64,000 bases of DNA from Octopus bimaculoides (GCF_001194135.2 NC_068982.1:14922525-14986524), one strand, 5' to 3'. Shown: positions 37,946 through 50,585, counted from the first letter of the stretch. Translations and numbers: made by a program. The notes: generated from the sequence alone by a model not told the origin.

Positions 37946-38148
37946 TATTGTTGTATTTGGGGATGGTCATGTTGCCAGTTTAGTCAATGAAAACACACGC
38001 TCTATATATTTGGTGTTCACTTGCTTCAGCCTTATTTTATATTAATCATTAATATGAAATAAAGCTGAAGCAAGTGAACACCAAATACATAGTGTGTGTG
38101 TTTTTATTGGTTAAACTGGCAACATGACCATCTCCAAATACAATAATA
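37946..38148. repeat. About 200-bp palindrome, 1-nt centre
   Basis: ...gcttcagccttattttatattaat c attaatatgaaataaagctgaagc... Confidence 0.9.
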
Positions 38149-38185
38149 TTATTATTATTATCATTATTATTATTATTATTATTAT

Positions 38186-38223
<38 letters not shown>
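38148..38223 (+). repeat. (ATT)n-(AGT)n compound trinucleotide microsatellite
   Basis: Directly visible. Similar (ATT)n/(AAT)n tracts at 1413-1460, 19428-19471 and 56047-56086. Confidence 0.95.
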
Positions 38224-38229
38224 CTTTGC

Positions 38230-38532
38230 CTTACTGGCACTTGTGCCGGTGGCATGTGAACAAAGCATTTGACTGACTCCTGTGCAGGTGGCACGTAAAA
38301 AACACCATTTGAGCATGGCCATTGCCAGTACCACCGGACTGGCCCTCGTACCAGTGGCACGTAAAAAAGCATCCACTACACTCTCGGAGTAGTTGGCGTT
38401 AGGAAGGGCATCCAGCTGTAGAAACTCTGCCAGATCAGATTGGAGTCTGGAGTACCCATCTGGTTCGCCAGTCCCCAGTCAAATCGTCCAACCCATGCTA
38501 GCATGGAAAGCAGACGTTAAATGATGATGATG
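38230..38532 (+). mobile_element. Family C copy with about 60-bp internal tandem units, embedded in (TAG)n
   Basis: Flanked on both sides by (AGT)n tracts. Confidence 0.85.
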
Positions 38533-38533
38533 A

Positions 38534-38576
<43 letters not shown>

Positions 38577-39507
38577 CATATTACATTTGGCATTCTGAAC
38601 AATCTTGCAGTTCTAGTTATAAATCCGTTTTTATCACTCATGAAAGTAGCCAAATATAAAAGACACCTGGAAACAAATTCTATACTTTGTTTGTGTGTGT
38701 GTGTGTGTGTATGCGTGTGTGTGTGTATGCGTGTGCATGCGAGTGTGCATGCATGTGTGCGTGCACGTGTGTGTAGGTGTGTGTTTTACTTGACTAGCCA
38801 TATTGATTTGCAAACTGATTCTAGTAATAGCAAAAACATACATTGTACATTTATTTTCTTGGTTTTATCTTCCAAAAATGTGATTCTTCATATAAAACTT
38901 AATCCTTCTTCTTTACTGCAATCTAAGACTTGTTTTTATTCATGTCGGAAAATCATTGTAAATTACTTATATTTCCTCCTTATCATACACACTGACAAGA
39001 ACTGGTTTAAACTACCCAAGTTTCTATTGTAAATCTTCCTTTCATTGCCTTCCATCCCAAAACTTCACTTAGGACCTCTATAGACTTGCTTTAGTAATAC
39101 CAAAATACCACTCACCTAAGTTGACCAGAATATTCTGTATACTTTCTGTTGAACAAATATTCTTGTTTTCATTGTTTTCTTCTATTGAGTTCTTTCATTT
39201 CTTTTCTTTCTCGTATATAGTATTACAGCAAGATGCCCTTCCTAGTTCAGATTCCATGCTATGGCGGGGGTGGTAGAATACATTTTCTACATTAATGCAG
39301 TGTGCTGAACTGTTTTGTTGTGTTACATAACGAAAATTAGCTCAATCCACATTTTTCTTTCTTTGAATAAATTTATCTGGAAAAGAGAAATCTGGTGTTT
39401 TGAGGCTGTTTCGTCATCTGCGAGAAAGAGAGAGAGGAGAAACTTCTTTTTAATTAATTTTCTCAACTGACATCATCTGAAAAATATAAATTTCTTTGCA
39501 TACCTTC

Positions 39508-39642
<135 letters not shown>

Positions 39643-39929
39643 AAGATATAGTGTTGAAACAACAAATATCTTTTCTCCTCTTGGCATATAAATTCATCCA
39701 AGTTTCACTGATGCATCTACCACCAGTTTCATTGGACTCTGTTTCCCACCATTGTTTCCTTACATCCAACCAGGATGTCAAATTATATTCCTTGTAGAAA
39801 AGTGTAACACTACACTGATTTGAAACCTTTGAACCTCTTAACCAGACTCCCACGCCATAATCACTCAGCTTCCACTTGGAATAAATTATACGAGTAATCC
39901 AGATAAAATATTTTAGATAAATATACTCT

Positions 39930-40129
39930 TTTACTCTTTTACTTGTTTTAGTCATTTGACTGTGGCCATGCTGGAGCACCGCCTTTTAGTTGAGCTAATC
40001 GACCCCAGAGCTCATTCTTTGTAAGCCTAGTACTTATTCTATCGGTCTCTTTTGCCGAACTGTTAAGTTACAGGAACATAAACACACCAGCATCGGTTGT
40101 CAGGTGATGGTGGGGGGACAAACATATAC

Positions 40130-40135
<6 letters not shown>
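39930..40135 (-). mobile_element. SINE family A, 3' half
   Basis: Tail and body up to the (CA)n tract. Confidence 0.8.
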
Positions 40136-40177
<42 letters not shown>

Positions 40178-40302
40178 TTGTTCATATGATGATATCTCCA
40201 CAATGTGTTGATGATGAGAAAAACATGTAATCGCTACCAATATAGCAAGAGATTTCTCTGCAAAGGTCTAAAGTAGACTCCTTATGGATCGATCTCCTTG
40301 GT

Positions 40303-40729
40303 TATATATCCAAAGTTTTAAATTAAAAAGAGAGTTTTGACGCTGATATCCATTATTATTGAAATTTATTCCTATGTCAACATTTCTGTATAAGGTTATA
40401 TTTAACTGTCAGATTCAAGTCAAACATATAATTTACCTTACACATCTTCAGGGAAAAAGATAAAGAACAAAAAGTAAACACCAAAAACATCATCTCTAAG
40501 TCCAGTTCATATTCAAATTCTTCCTTAAATAAAGGTCTGTTAAAGGGAGAAAACCCCTAATAATATTATTAATAAATTATAAACAATCACATATTACAAT
40601 GGAAATCTATATTATATTATCTCTAGAATCTGACAGTCAAATATAGCCTTATACAGAAATGTTGACATAGGAATAAATTTCAATAATAATGGATATCAGC
40701 GTCAAATCTCTCTTTTAAATTTAAATTTT

Positions 40730-40738
<9 letters not shown>
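40303..40738. repeat. Fold-back, about 113-bp arms, about 210-nt spacer
   Basis: 40303-40416 is the reverse complement of 40626-40738. Confidence 0.9.
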
Positions 40739-40764
<26 letters not shown>

Positions 40765-40765
<1 letters not shown>

Positions 40766-42009
40766 TAGCAGAAATACCCGGCTTTGCCCGGGTTAAAGAG
40801 AATAATGAAATCTAAAAACGTCATCTTGACTACGCAACCCTCAACTGTTAGTAGCTACGATACCATATTTCTACATTAATAACTCTCCAATCNNNNNNNN
40901 NNNNNNNNNNNNNNNNNNNNNNNNNNNNNNNNNNNNNNNNNNNNNNNNNNNNNNNNNNNNNNNNNNNNNNNNNNNNNNNNNNNNNNNNNNNNNNNNNNNN
41001 NNNNNNNNNNNNNNNNNNNNNNNNNNNNNNNNNNNNNNNNNNNNNNNNNNNNNNNNNNNNNNNNNNNNNNNNNNNNNNNNNNNNNNNNNNNNNNNNNNNN
41101 NNNNNNNNNNNNNNNNNNNNNNNNNNNNNNNNNNNNNNNNNNNNNNNNNNNNNNNNNNNNNNNNNNNNNNNNNNNNNNNNNNNNNNNNNNNNNNNNNNNN
41201 NNNNNNNNNNNNNNNNNNNNNNNNNNNNNNNNNNNNNNNNNNNNNNNNNNNNNNNNNNNNNNNNNNNNNNNNNNNNNNNNNNNNNNNNNNNNNNNNNNNN
41301 NNNNNNNNNNNNNNNNNNNNNNNNNNNNNNNNNNNNNNNNNNNNNNNNNNNNNNNNNNNNNNNNNNNNNNNNNNNNNNNNNNNNNNNNNNNNNNNNNNNN
41401 NNNNNNNNNNNNNNNNNNNNNNNNNNNNNNNNNNNNNNNNNNNNNNNNNNNNNNNNNNNNNNNNNNNNNNNNNNNNNNNNNNNNNNNNNNNNNNNNNNNN
41501 NNNNNNNNNNNNNNNNNNNNNNNNNNNNNNNNNNNNNNNNNNNNNNNNNNNNNNNNNNNNNNNNNNNNNNNNNNNNNNNNNNNNNNNNNNNNNNNNNNNN
41601 NNNNNNNNNNNNNNNNNNNNNNNNNNNNNNNNNNNNNNNNNNNNNNNNNNNNNNNNNNNNNNNNNNNNNNNNNNNNNNNNNNNNNNNNNNNNNNNNNNNN
41701 NNNNNNNNNNNNNNNNNNNNNNNNNNNNNNNATAGTTTCATTTTTAAAGTGAAAGTATTTGACATGAGTGTTTTTGTTTCACTTTTGACATGTAATACTT
41801 AAATAGTGGAGGAGATATTATGTTGCCGTGGGCTCGAACTCTGCAAGAAGTTAAAAAATTTTTTTGACTAAAACACAACTGGAACCCTAAGTAAGGCATC
41901 TGTAAAATTTGAATGAAATTGGTTCCGTAGTTCTCGAGTTTTAGGGATTCACACACACAGACAGACAGACAGACAGACACACATTCTCATTTTTATATAT
42001 ATAGATAGA
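40765..42009 (-). mobile_element. Non-autonomous Helitron spanning an assembly gap
   Basis: Minus strand: 5' A|TCTAT...ATAAAAATGAGAATGTGTG(TCTG)n; 3' hairpin ACCCGG-GCAAAG-CCGGGT about 8 nt before terminal CTAG|T. These are canonical Helitron ends at an A|T target. Continuity across the gap is assumed. Confidence 0.75.
40893..41730. other. Assembly gap (N-run)
   Basis: N-run. Confidence 1.
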
Positions 42010-42014
42010 TATAT

Positions 42015-42410
42015 GACAGGCTTCTTTCAGTTTGCGTCTACCAAATCCATTCACAAGGCTTTGGTCGGCCTGAGGCTATAGTAGAAGACACTTGCCCAAG
42101 GTGCCATGCAGTGGGACTGAACCCGGAACCATGTGGTTGGTAAGCAAGCTACTTACCACACAGCCACGCCTATGCCTATAAATACTGTTTATCTTTTCAT
42201 CTTTTATCTTCTACATGTTTCAGTTGTTAGACTGTGGCCATGTTGGGGCACTGCTTAGAAGAATTTTATTCAAATATATTAACCCCAGTGCTTTTATTTT
42301 TTTAAGCCTGGTATTTATTCTGTTGGTCTCTTTTGCCAAACTGCTAAGTTATGGGGTGTAAACACACCATTACCAGTTGTTGAGTGGCGGTAGGGGACAA
42401 ACACAGATGG
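42015..42410 (-). mobile_element. SINE A head (42015-42175) and SINE A tail half (42200-42410)
   Basis: A-family segments. Confidence 0.75.
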
Positions 42411-42901
42411 AAAGACATATATACATACACACACACCATCATTATCATCATCATCATCATCATCATCGTTTAACGTCCGCCTTCCTTGCTAGCATGGGTT
42501 GGACGATTTGACTGAGGACTGGCTACACCAAGCTCCAATGTGATTTGGCAGAGTTTCAACAGTTGGATGCCTTTCCTAATGCCAACCACTCCGAGAGTGG
42601 TTGGCATTAGGAAAGTAAAAATATGCGAGTAAAAATAAATACAAAAAAGGGGGGGGTTCTGTATGATTGTGTATAGAGGAATATATTATTTTGTTTAAAA
42701 GAGTTCCAACACTGTCTGTTTTTTATGTTTTATTTATATTCCTGCAAAACCAATGTGGGATATAAAATATGGAATATACAATATATAATATAAAATAAAA
42801 ATGGATGGTACTATGAAATAAAGTATTGAATGTCTTATTGAATATATGGAATATGTCTTATTGAATAGATGAAATATTGAGTGTTCAATATAAAGGATTA
42901 A

Positions 42902-42940
<39 letters not shown>

Positions 42941-42974
42941 TATGTATGTATGTATTTAAATGGGGAAGCCGATT

Positions 42975-43040
42975 TATGGCATTACCCTGGGTTTCTTGTC
43001 CATAAGGGGCTTAGCCTTATGGCGTATCGTCAGACCCAAA
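42975..43040 (-). ncRNA. Type-I hammerhead motif with canonical core
   Basis: Minus: tttgggt-CTGACGA-tacg CCATAAGG ctaagcc CCTTATGG acaa-GAAAC-CCAGG-GTA|atgccat. Near-palindromic stem III ACCCAGGGT. Confidence 0.55.
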
Positions 43041-43512
43041 TAAACCTGTTGGCCTAAGACCTCTTCAAAAAAAAGGGTGTGCTTCTTCTCCGGATTTGTT
43101 TTCTGCAAACGATATTATAAGATTCAATCATGTGTTAACATGTACCTCCTTGCAACAATGTAAACTTTCATTTAGTCAAGATACTGTTAGCCTGACGAGT
43201 AGCCTGCGGTATGCACCTTATATGGATATTTACCACTTCCAAGGTTCCTCTCGCAATAAAACATCTGTAGCCCAGATCTTATCTACTCCATTCCTTAACT
43301 CTTGTGTTCTTATTCGCACACCCGGCAGCCCTAGTCGCCTACCGTGAAATATAAAAAGAATTCTTTTCAGCTTATCATACTTTAATACAAAAAAATCCAC
43401 AACCTCCCACCTCAGTAAACCACTATTGTCCCTGAAAGTTGTTTTTTATATTTACTACAGATTGCTTGAAGCTAACTTTCTTCCTACACCTTGATCCTTG
43501 GATCTTATATTT

Positions 43513-44170
<658 letters not shown>

Positions 44171-44267
44171 TCATAGCATTTCTGATCTTTTTTTTTCTTC
44201 TTCCTTCGTTCTTTGATGATGGAATTTTCTATATTATGTAAATAACGAGATCTTTATTCTCTTTCAG

Positions 44268-44375
44268 CTGCCAGTAACAATCTTAAACTCTTCCTCAGTT
44301 TTGCCGTCGGTGGTTTATTAGGGGATGTTTTCCTACACCTGTTGCCAGAGGCATGGTCTCATGCCAAGTCATTTG
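44268..44375 (+). CDS. SLC39A13: Internal coding exon of zinc transporter ZIP13 (SLC39A13 family), phase 1/phase 1, 108 bp
   Basis: Acceptor tctttattctctttcag| and donor |gtaagc. Translates (A)ASNNLKLFLSFAVGGLLGDVFLHLLPEAWSHAKSF. LSFAxGGLLGxVFLHLLPEAW is the ZIP13 TM2 signature, whereas ZIP7 has GDAFLHLIPHA. Too short to appear in the ORF track. Confidence 0.92.
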
Positions 44376-46372
44376 GTAAGCCTTTCCTTTTTTTTCTTTT
44401 TGTTTTTTGTTTTTTTTCATTCATTTTTACTTTTGTTTTTGATTTCAGACAAGCTTAGACCTCTGGTAGAGAAATAGCCATGAAAACTCTTGTAAATGCC
44501 ATGGCATTTTATATATCAGCTCTTTTATGGCCATATCTTTTACGTAATACATTGCTCATATGTTTGAATTAGGTTTGAAATAGAATGAACTTGGAAAGAG
44601 ATTTAATAAAATAGTTAACTTCTGATAAAGTGGTTGCTAACATATAGCTTACTTCTTATTTAATTAATCAAAATTTCTAAGCTGTCTTCACCTGCCTTTA
44701 TTTTTCTTTCTTTCTTTTTTTCTTTTACTAGTATAAGTCATTTTAGAAAATTATAGTTCTCATCACCTGGAGTGTAATTTTAATTAATTACACCTTAAGT
44801 GATAAAAACAATCATTTTCTAAATGATTTATTTCAGTCGAATATACAAGGGCTGGAGAAAACATTGAAGTTTTAATTAATTAAAATTAATTATGGTATAC
44901 AGTGGGAAGTGAGTCTAATCCTTAACACTGACAATTCCAGACATTGTCAGTGAAGCAGAGTTGCTGCTGGAGCGTAGGACGAAGGGAAGAATACAAGATT
45001 TTTGTGATGTTGCCAGTTCAACCCATGCCAGCATAGAAAACAAATGCTAAATGGTGATGATGATGTTGAAACTGGGATTATCTGATTGCATCTAATAAAC
45101 CTGAAGTATCTTCAGAATTAATACAATACTCCTAAAGTTCAGAATAACTCCTTATTGCATTCTATAATTAATTTTAATTAAATATTAATTTCAAGGTTCT
45201 CTCTCTCTCTCCCTCTCCCTCTCTCTCTCTCCCCCTCTCTCTCTCTCCCTCTCGCTCTCCCTCCCCCCCCTCTCTCTCTCTTTGCAAATTTTTAAGCTAG
45301 CTCCTGTGTATGGCTAATTGAGCCTGTAACCCAAAACTAAAGAGTGCTAAATAGCATGACAATGCATTTGTTGGCTCAAGTGTACAGTAAAAACATTTAC
45401 TTGAAGTACTGTGCAATGGGATTGAATCTGAGATCATTTGGTTACAAAGCAATCTTAATCATACAGTCATACCTTTTAAAAAAAATATCAAATCAAACAT
45501 TTAAAAATAATTGTTCTAATCACTAATTAAAATTTTTTGGTTTACTACATTAATTTTCTATCATTCACTTTACTGTTAAGTTATTTATGCTGCAGGCATT
45601 CTTGGGTATTTCTTTTTTATGTCATTCTTTATTATTATGTGAGTGTTTGGAACATAACTTAATGGAAAATTCTTATATACAGTTATAATGGTTTTAATTT
45701 AAATATAAACACAGTTGTACTGTAAAGCCAAGGATGGTCTCGGGCAGGTTTTTATCGAAAGATTAAACAGGATGTATATCATAGATGTGTTATATACATG
45801 ATAGTTTAAAGGGAAATATTCCATCAGTGCTGCATTAAAGTTTCAAGCATTAGACCACCCATGTTAACTGAATCATTAATAACAGATGAACAGAAGTAAT
45901 GAATAGAAATCCTCTCTTTAGACATAAACCAGAATTTCTGGCTCTCGAAACTATTTTGAATACCACAGATCAGCTACTATCTTAAATAAACAATTTCTTT
46001 TTAATAAAGAGCAATTTATTAAACACTCATGTTAGTGTTAAATACTAAATTCTTACATTGGTTTAAAGTATAAAAGTTACACAGGAGAAGAGATGGTTGT
46101 ATTTTTATCAAAAATAGTTAAAAAAAAAAAAAAAAAAGGAAAAATAGCTACAGATACAAGTCAAAAGTAGTCAACTGTTGCCAACCCTCACTTGTTTCCA
46201 AGTAAGCTGACATTCCCCATGACAAGACATGTTGAAGATTGGGAACAAAAGACACTGCTTTCATGACAGTCACAATCATTTGCAACTACCATATAAAGAG
46301 CAAGGCAAGGGGTCAGTAATACACAGAGTGTAGCAACCAAATATCCTTCTTCTCTTTAAATGATGGAGACTT

Positions 46373-47014
46373 TAGTGATTCTCAACCGTTTTTTTTTTTA
46401 CTATGGACTCGCTTTCATCCCTATTTTACTAATATGGACCGTCATGGCCATTCTATGTTTTAAAGAAATCCTATCTTTTACTTGTTTCAGTCATTTGACT
46501 GCAGCCATACTGGGGCACCAGCTTGAAGGGTTTTATTCGAACAAATTGACCCCAGGGCTTATTTTTTCAATCCTAGTACTTATTCTATTGTACTCTTTTT
46601 TCGAACTGCTAAGTTGCAGGGACATTAAACATACCCACCCACACCAGTTCTCAAGTGGCAATGAGGTACTAATAGACACAATGACACACACACACACACA
46701 CATACATGACAGGCTTCTTTCAGTTTCTGTCTACCAAATCCACTCACAAGGCTTTGGTTGGCCTGAGACTATTGTAGAAGACACTTGCCCAAGGTGCCAC
46801 CCAGTGACACTGAACCCAAAACCATGTGGTTGAGAAGCAAGCTTCCTACCACACAGCCACTCCTGCACCTCTCATATTTTTATAATTAAATGTTATTGGG
46901 AATTGTATTAAAAGAAATTGTTAAAATAATTTATGCATTTTAGAAGTATAACCAATTTATTACCTGTAAATTTGAACAACGAAATCTTATATGGACCCCA
47001 TTTGAGAAACACTA
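46373..47014. mobile_element. hAT-Charlie-like MITE interrupted by a SINE at 46474-46870
   Basis: Ends tagtgattctcaa / ttgagaaacacta are near reverse complements, with subterminal atggac motifs on both sides. Confidence 0.5.
46474..46870 (-). mobile_element. SINE family A, full length
   Basis: Complete head, body and tail. Confidence 0.8.
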
Positions 47015-47877
47015 CTTTAGATAATATTATTCTAGATACGCTATACACGAACATAAGACGAGATAGCCATAGAGTTTCCTCAATCATAAATCTGCTGAAT
47101 TTGGTTTCGGTAGGAGTTAAACAACAGCAACAAAGCTTATGTTTTTATGTTCTTTGTATTATATTTTTGTTCATTTCCTATACAATGGCTTTAGGTTTTT
47201 CTCTTGACAACAAAAAATCTTTTCACTAGTTCTTTGAACCTTGACCTCTTTGCATCAATGCTATGATTCTTGCTGAACAATTCTTTTTTTTTTTCAGCCC
47301 CTTTCTTTTGGGTGTCAGCCATAAAACTGATTTTTTTTTTCCCTGCCAGTTCTTTTTATATAATATGTATATTGTTATTTATCAATTTTATTTTTAGTAA
47401 TTTTATACTTGTTATATATTTTATTAGTTTTACACTTATTATATATTTTACCACTTCCTTGTCTTTCTCTTCTCTCTCCTCTTGTCGCTTTAGTCTCTTT
47501 TTTAACCATTGACCTTCGAGATAAATCTTCCCCCCCCCCCTCTCCATTTGGTTTTGTTTGATATTTGTAGTTATTCGTGTTAATTTTCCACATTCACTTT
47601 TGGATATTTTTGCAGTAATTTTTACAACAATGTTCTAATTGTAGAAATCTCCTTCCTTCCTGAGTTTAATGGTTGAACGTTTTTTGTTTTTTTTTCCTTT
47701 CTCTGTCTGCTGTTGAATACTACAATCTAAATTCTCTCATTATTTACCGTGTTTTTATATTAGTTTTGGGTTGTTTATTTTTTTGTTTTCTTGTTTTCTT
47801 CTTTCAATTTGCTTTGCTTCGCTTAACTTGTAAATTAGTGCAATATATAACTGGCTTGCATATTTTTAACACCGACA

Positions 47878-47990
47878 CTATCATCCATCATCATCATCAT
47901 CATCATCATTGTTGTTGTCTTCGTTATCATCATCAGCATCATCATCATCACCATTGTTGTTGTCATCTCCCCCGTCATCACCATTATCAT
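47878..47990 (+). repeat. (CAT)n/(TGT)n low-complexity tract
   Basis: Directly visible; source of the poly-His ORF 47673-48083. Confidence 0.9.
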
Positions 47991-48239
47991 TTTCAGTTTC
48001 TCCATCTTATTGTATTAGCAACACTAACTACCATCTCCACTCCACTATCATTACCATCATCACCACCCCCACCCTCATTATGACCCACAGCATGTAATTT
48101 TAGTCCCACTCTTTCATCTCCACAATCTCTGCTACTACCATATTCACAACATCCACCATCACCTCCATTATACTTGGTCATCTTCATCACCATATCATAA
48201 TCATTATTACTGATATGCTTTTTAATTAGTCCAAGGAAG

Positions 48240-48650
48240 AGAAACTGCAATAAATTTCTTGAAATATAAGAACAAGGATATCAGCATGTAGACGTTCCCA
48301 TGGGCATCCAGTGTTAAATTCCTAGAGGACTTTGATAAATAGAAGCGGACTGAGCAGTGAGCCCAAGTGAACCCATACCTTCACACTAAATTTGTCTCTA
48401 TACTTATTGTTAGCTCTCACCTTGCTGACATCATCCCTGTGCATGGCTTGTATGGCTCTCACAAACCATTCGTCTAAGTCTAGATGCTTCAATGATCATT
48501 AAATCACCAAGTGAAGAACTCTGTTAAAGGCTTTCTCCAAAGTGGCAAATACTAAGTACAGTGGTTTACCCTTGCCAGCTACTTCTGCTGTTTGCTCACG
48601 AGAAATATGGCATCAGTAGTACCTTTCCCTAATACAAAATTATTTGTTAA
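48240..48650 (-). mobile_element. RTE-clade LINE fragment, reverse transcriptase domain
   Basis: Frameshifted minus-strand remnants TDAIFLV, KPLYL.F..LEKAFNRV, DEWFVRAIQAMHRDDVSKVRANNKY, VHLGSLLSPLLFIKVL and CPWERL.ADILVL match the RTE RT core. Confidence 0.85.
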
Positions 48651-49576
48651 TTTCCTAGCTGAATTCATTGCCTACTCTAACCTTTGTTAACAGTACCTTG
48701 GTTCATATCATACACAACCTTCATATGCCATTCATCTGCATTTAGTTTTCTTAGCACCCACCATACTCCTGAGTGTTTGATGTTATTAACCCATATTGAC
48801 TCACTATCCTCGTTTGAGGACAGTTGTATTTGGTTCATTTACTGCAATAAAGGTTAACTGGATGCAAAATAGTGCTTGTTGTATTTATTTAACCATTGTA
48901 TTTGGTTTATTTACTGCAATGAAAGTTAACTGGATGCTTCCGTATGTTTGTTACCTCTATTTATATAACTATCTTCAAAATTTCAACGGGTTAACCTGGA
49001 TTAAAATAGGTTAAAGACCTTCTCTACTAGCTTCAAAGACCTTCTGTACTAGTTTCAAAATAACTTGTTAGTAACTTGGCATCTTTGGTTCTGCAACTTA
49101 GCACAAACTTTAACTGTGTCTTATTAAAGCTATCTCTAATTTGAATTAATTTTGCTAAGTTTCACGACTGCTTTCAAAATTCAATCCATCGGTTTATGTC
49201 CAGTTTGATTACCTCCGACCAGTTCATCTTTTTTTATCCTGGAGACAGTGGACAATGCTATTGATACATCATTCAAAGGGAATAACATCTCCCTCCCTAT
49301 TTGATTAACCACACAATTAATTAACATATGGCATTCATAACCTAAAACAATTACATCACTGATTCCAAATTATTTGAAATTGAATTCTATTACAAGGTTG
49401 ACTATTCTCTTTGTCCATTTCTTTTCTCTGTAAGAAAGTCCTTCATCACTCTAAAGAAAAAAAAATTAGGTTGATAGTTCTTTGTCTCATAGATTTTAAT
49501 ATTTCTTTACATTATTATGATGCAAACTAAGTTCCTGGTTATTCTGAGTTCAAACTATACCAATATTTACTGATTC

Positions 49577-49795
49577 TAAAGCGGTAATCTGGCAGAAACG
49601 TTAGCAAGCCAGGTGAAATGCTTAGCGGTATTTTGTCTGTCTTTACGTTCTGAGTTCAAATTCTGCTGAGGTTGACTTTGCCTTTCATCCTTTCGGGGTC
49701 GATAAATTAAGTACCAGTTGCGTACTGTTGTCGATCTAATCAACTGACCCCCTCCCCAAAAATTTCAGGCCTTGTGCCTAGAGTAGAAAAGAATA
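49577..49795 (+). mobile_element. SINE family B (gcctttcatcctttcggggtcgataaattaagtaccag core), full length
   Basis: ctggcagaaacgttagc head, gagttcaaatt B-box-like motif, conserved core, tail ggccttgtgcctagagtagaaaagaat. Confidence 0.85.
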
Positions 49796-49945
49796 TTTAC
49801 TGATTCTTGTCTTTAATTATTCAGTTTTTCTCTTGATGGTACATTAAAGTTTTAGTCACATACTGTAATACGTTATAACAAGACTGCTCTACAAGTCTTA
49901 ATATATTCTCATAATATATACTAATTCTTCTTTCTTAGGCAGATA

Positions 49946-50001
<56 letters not shown>

Positions 50002-50490
50002 NNNNNNNNNNNNNNNNNNNNNNNNNNNNNNNNNNNNNNNNNNNNNNNNNNNNNNNNNNNNNNNNNNNNNNNNNNNNNNNNNNNNNNNNNNNNNNNNNNN
50101 NNNNNNNNNNNNNNNNNNNNNNNNNNNNNNNNNNNNNNNNNNNNNNNNNNNNNNNNNNNNNNNNNNNNNNNNNNNNNNNNNNNNNNNNNNNNNNNNNNNN
50201 NNNNNNNNNNNNNNNNNNNNNNNNNNNNNNNNNNNNNNNNNNNNNNNNNNNNNNNNNNNNNNNNNNNNNNNNNNNNNNNNNNNNNNNNNNNNNNNNNNNN
50301 NNNNNNNNNNNNNNNNNNNNNNNNNNNNNNNNNNNNNNNNNNNNNNNNNNNNNNNNNNNNNNNNNNNNNNNNNNNNNNNNNNNNNNNNNNNNNNNNNNNN
50401 NNNNNNNNNNNNNNNNNNNNNNNNNNNNNNNNNNNNNNNNNNNNNNNNNNNNNNNNNNNNNNNNNNNNNNNNNNNNNNNNNNNNNNNNNN
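50002..50490. other. Assembly gap (N-run)
   Basis: N-run. Confidence 1.
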
Positions 50491-50585
50491 NCAGTGATAT
50501 AGATTTCCTTTGACTTGGAAACAAGCCAGTTTTTGAAGGGAAGAAGTCAAAGGAATTGAATTTCCCTCAGTATATAACTAGTGTG

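Noticed and set aside
39690-39920. Non-repetitive part of minus ORF 39473-39979 (WLDVRKQWWETES...)
   Set aside because: The ORF start is in a SINE and the end in (GA)n; no splice signals or known motif identified.
43190-43230. Plus-strand CTGACGA heptamer
   Set aside because: No stem II or GAAA follows, so not a hammerhead.
47673-48083. Poly-His/Cys ORF tempting as a ZIP His-rich loop
   Set aside because: It is a (CAT)n/(TGT)n microsatellite without splice boundaries or ZIP context.
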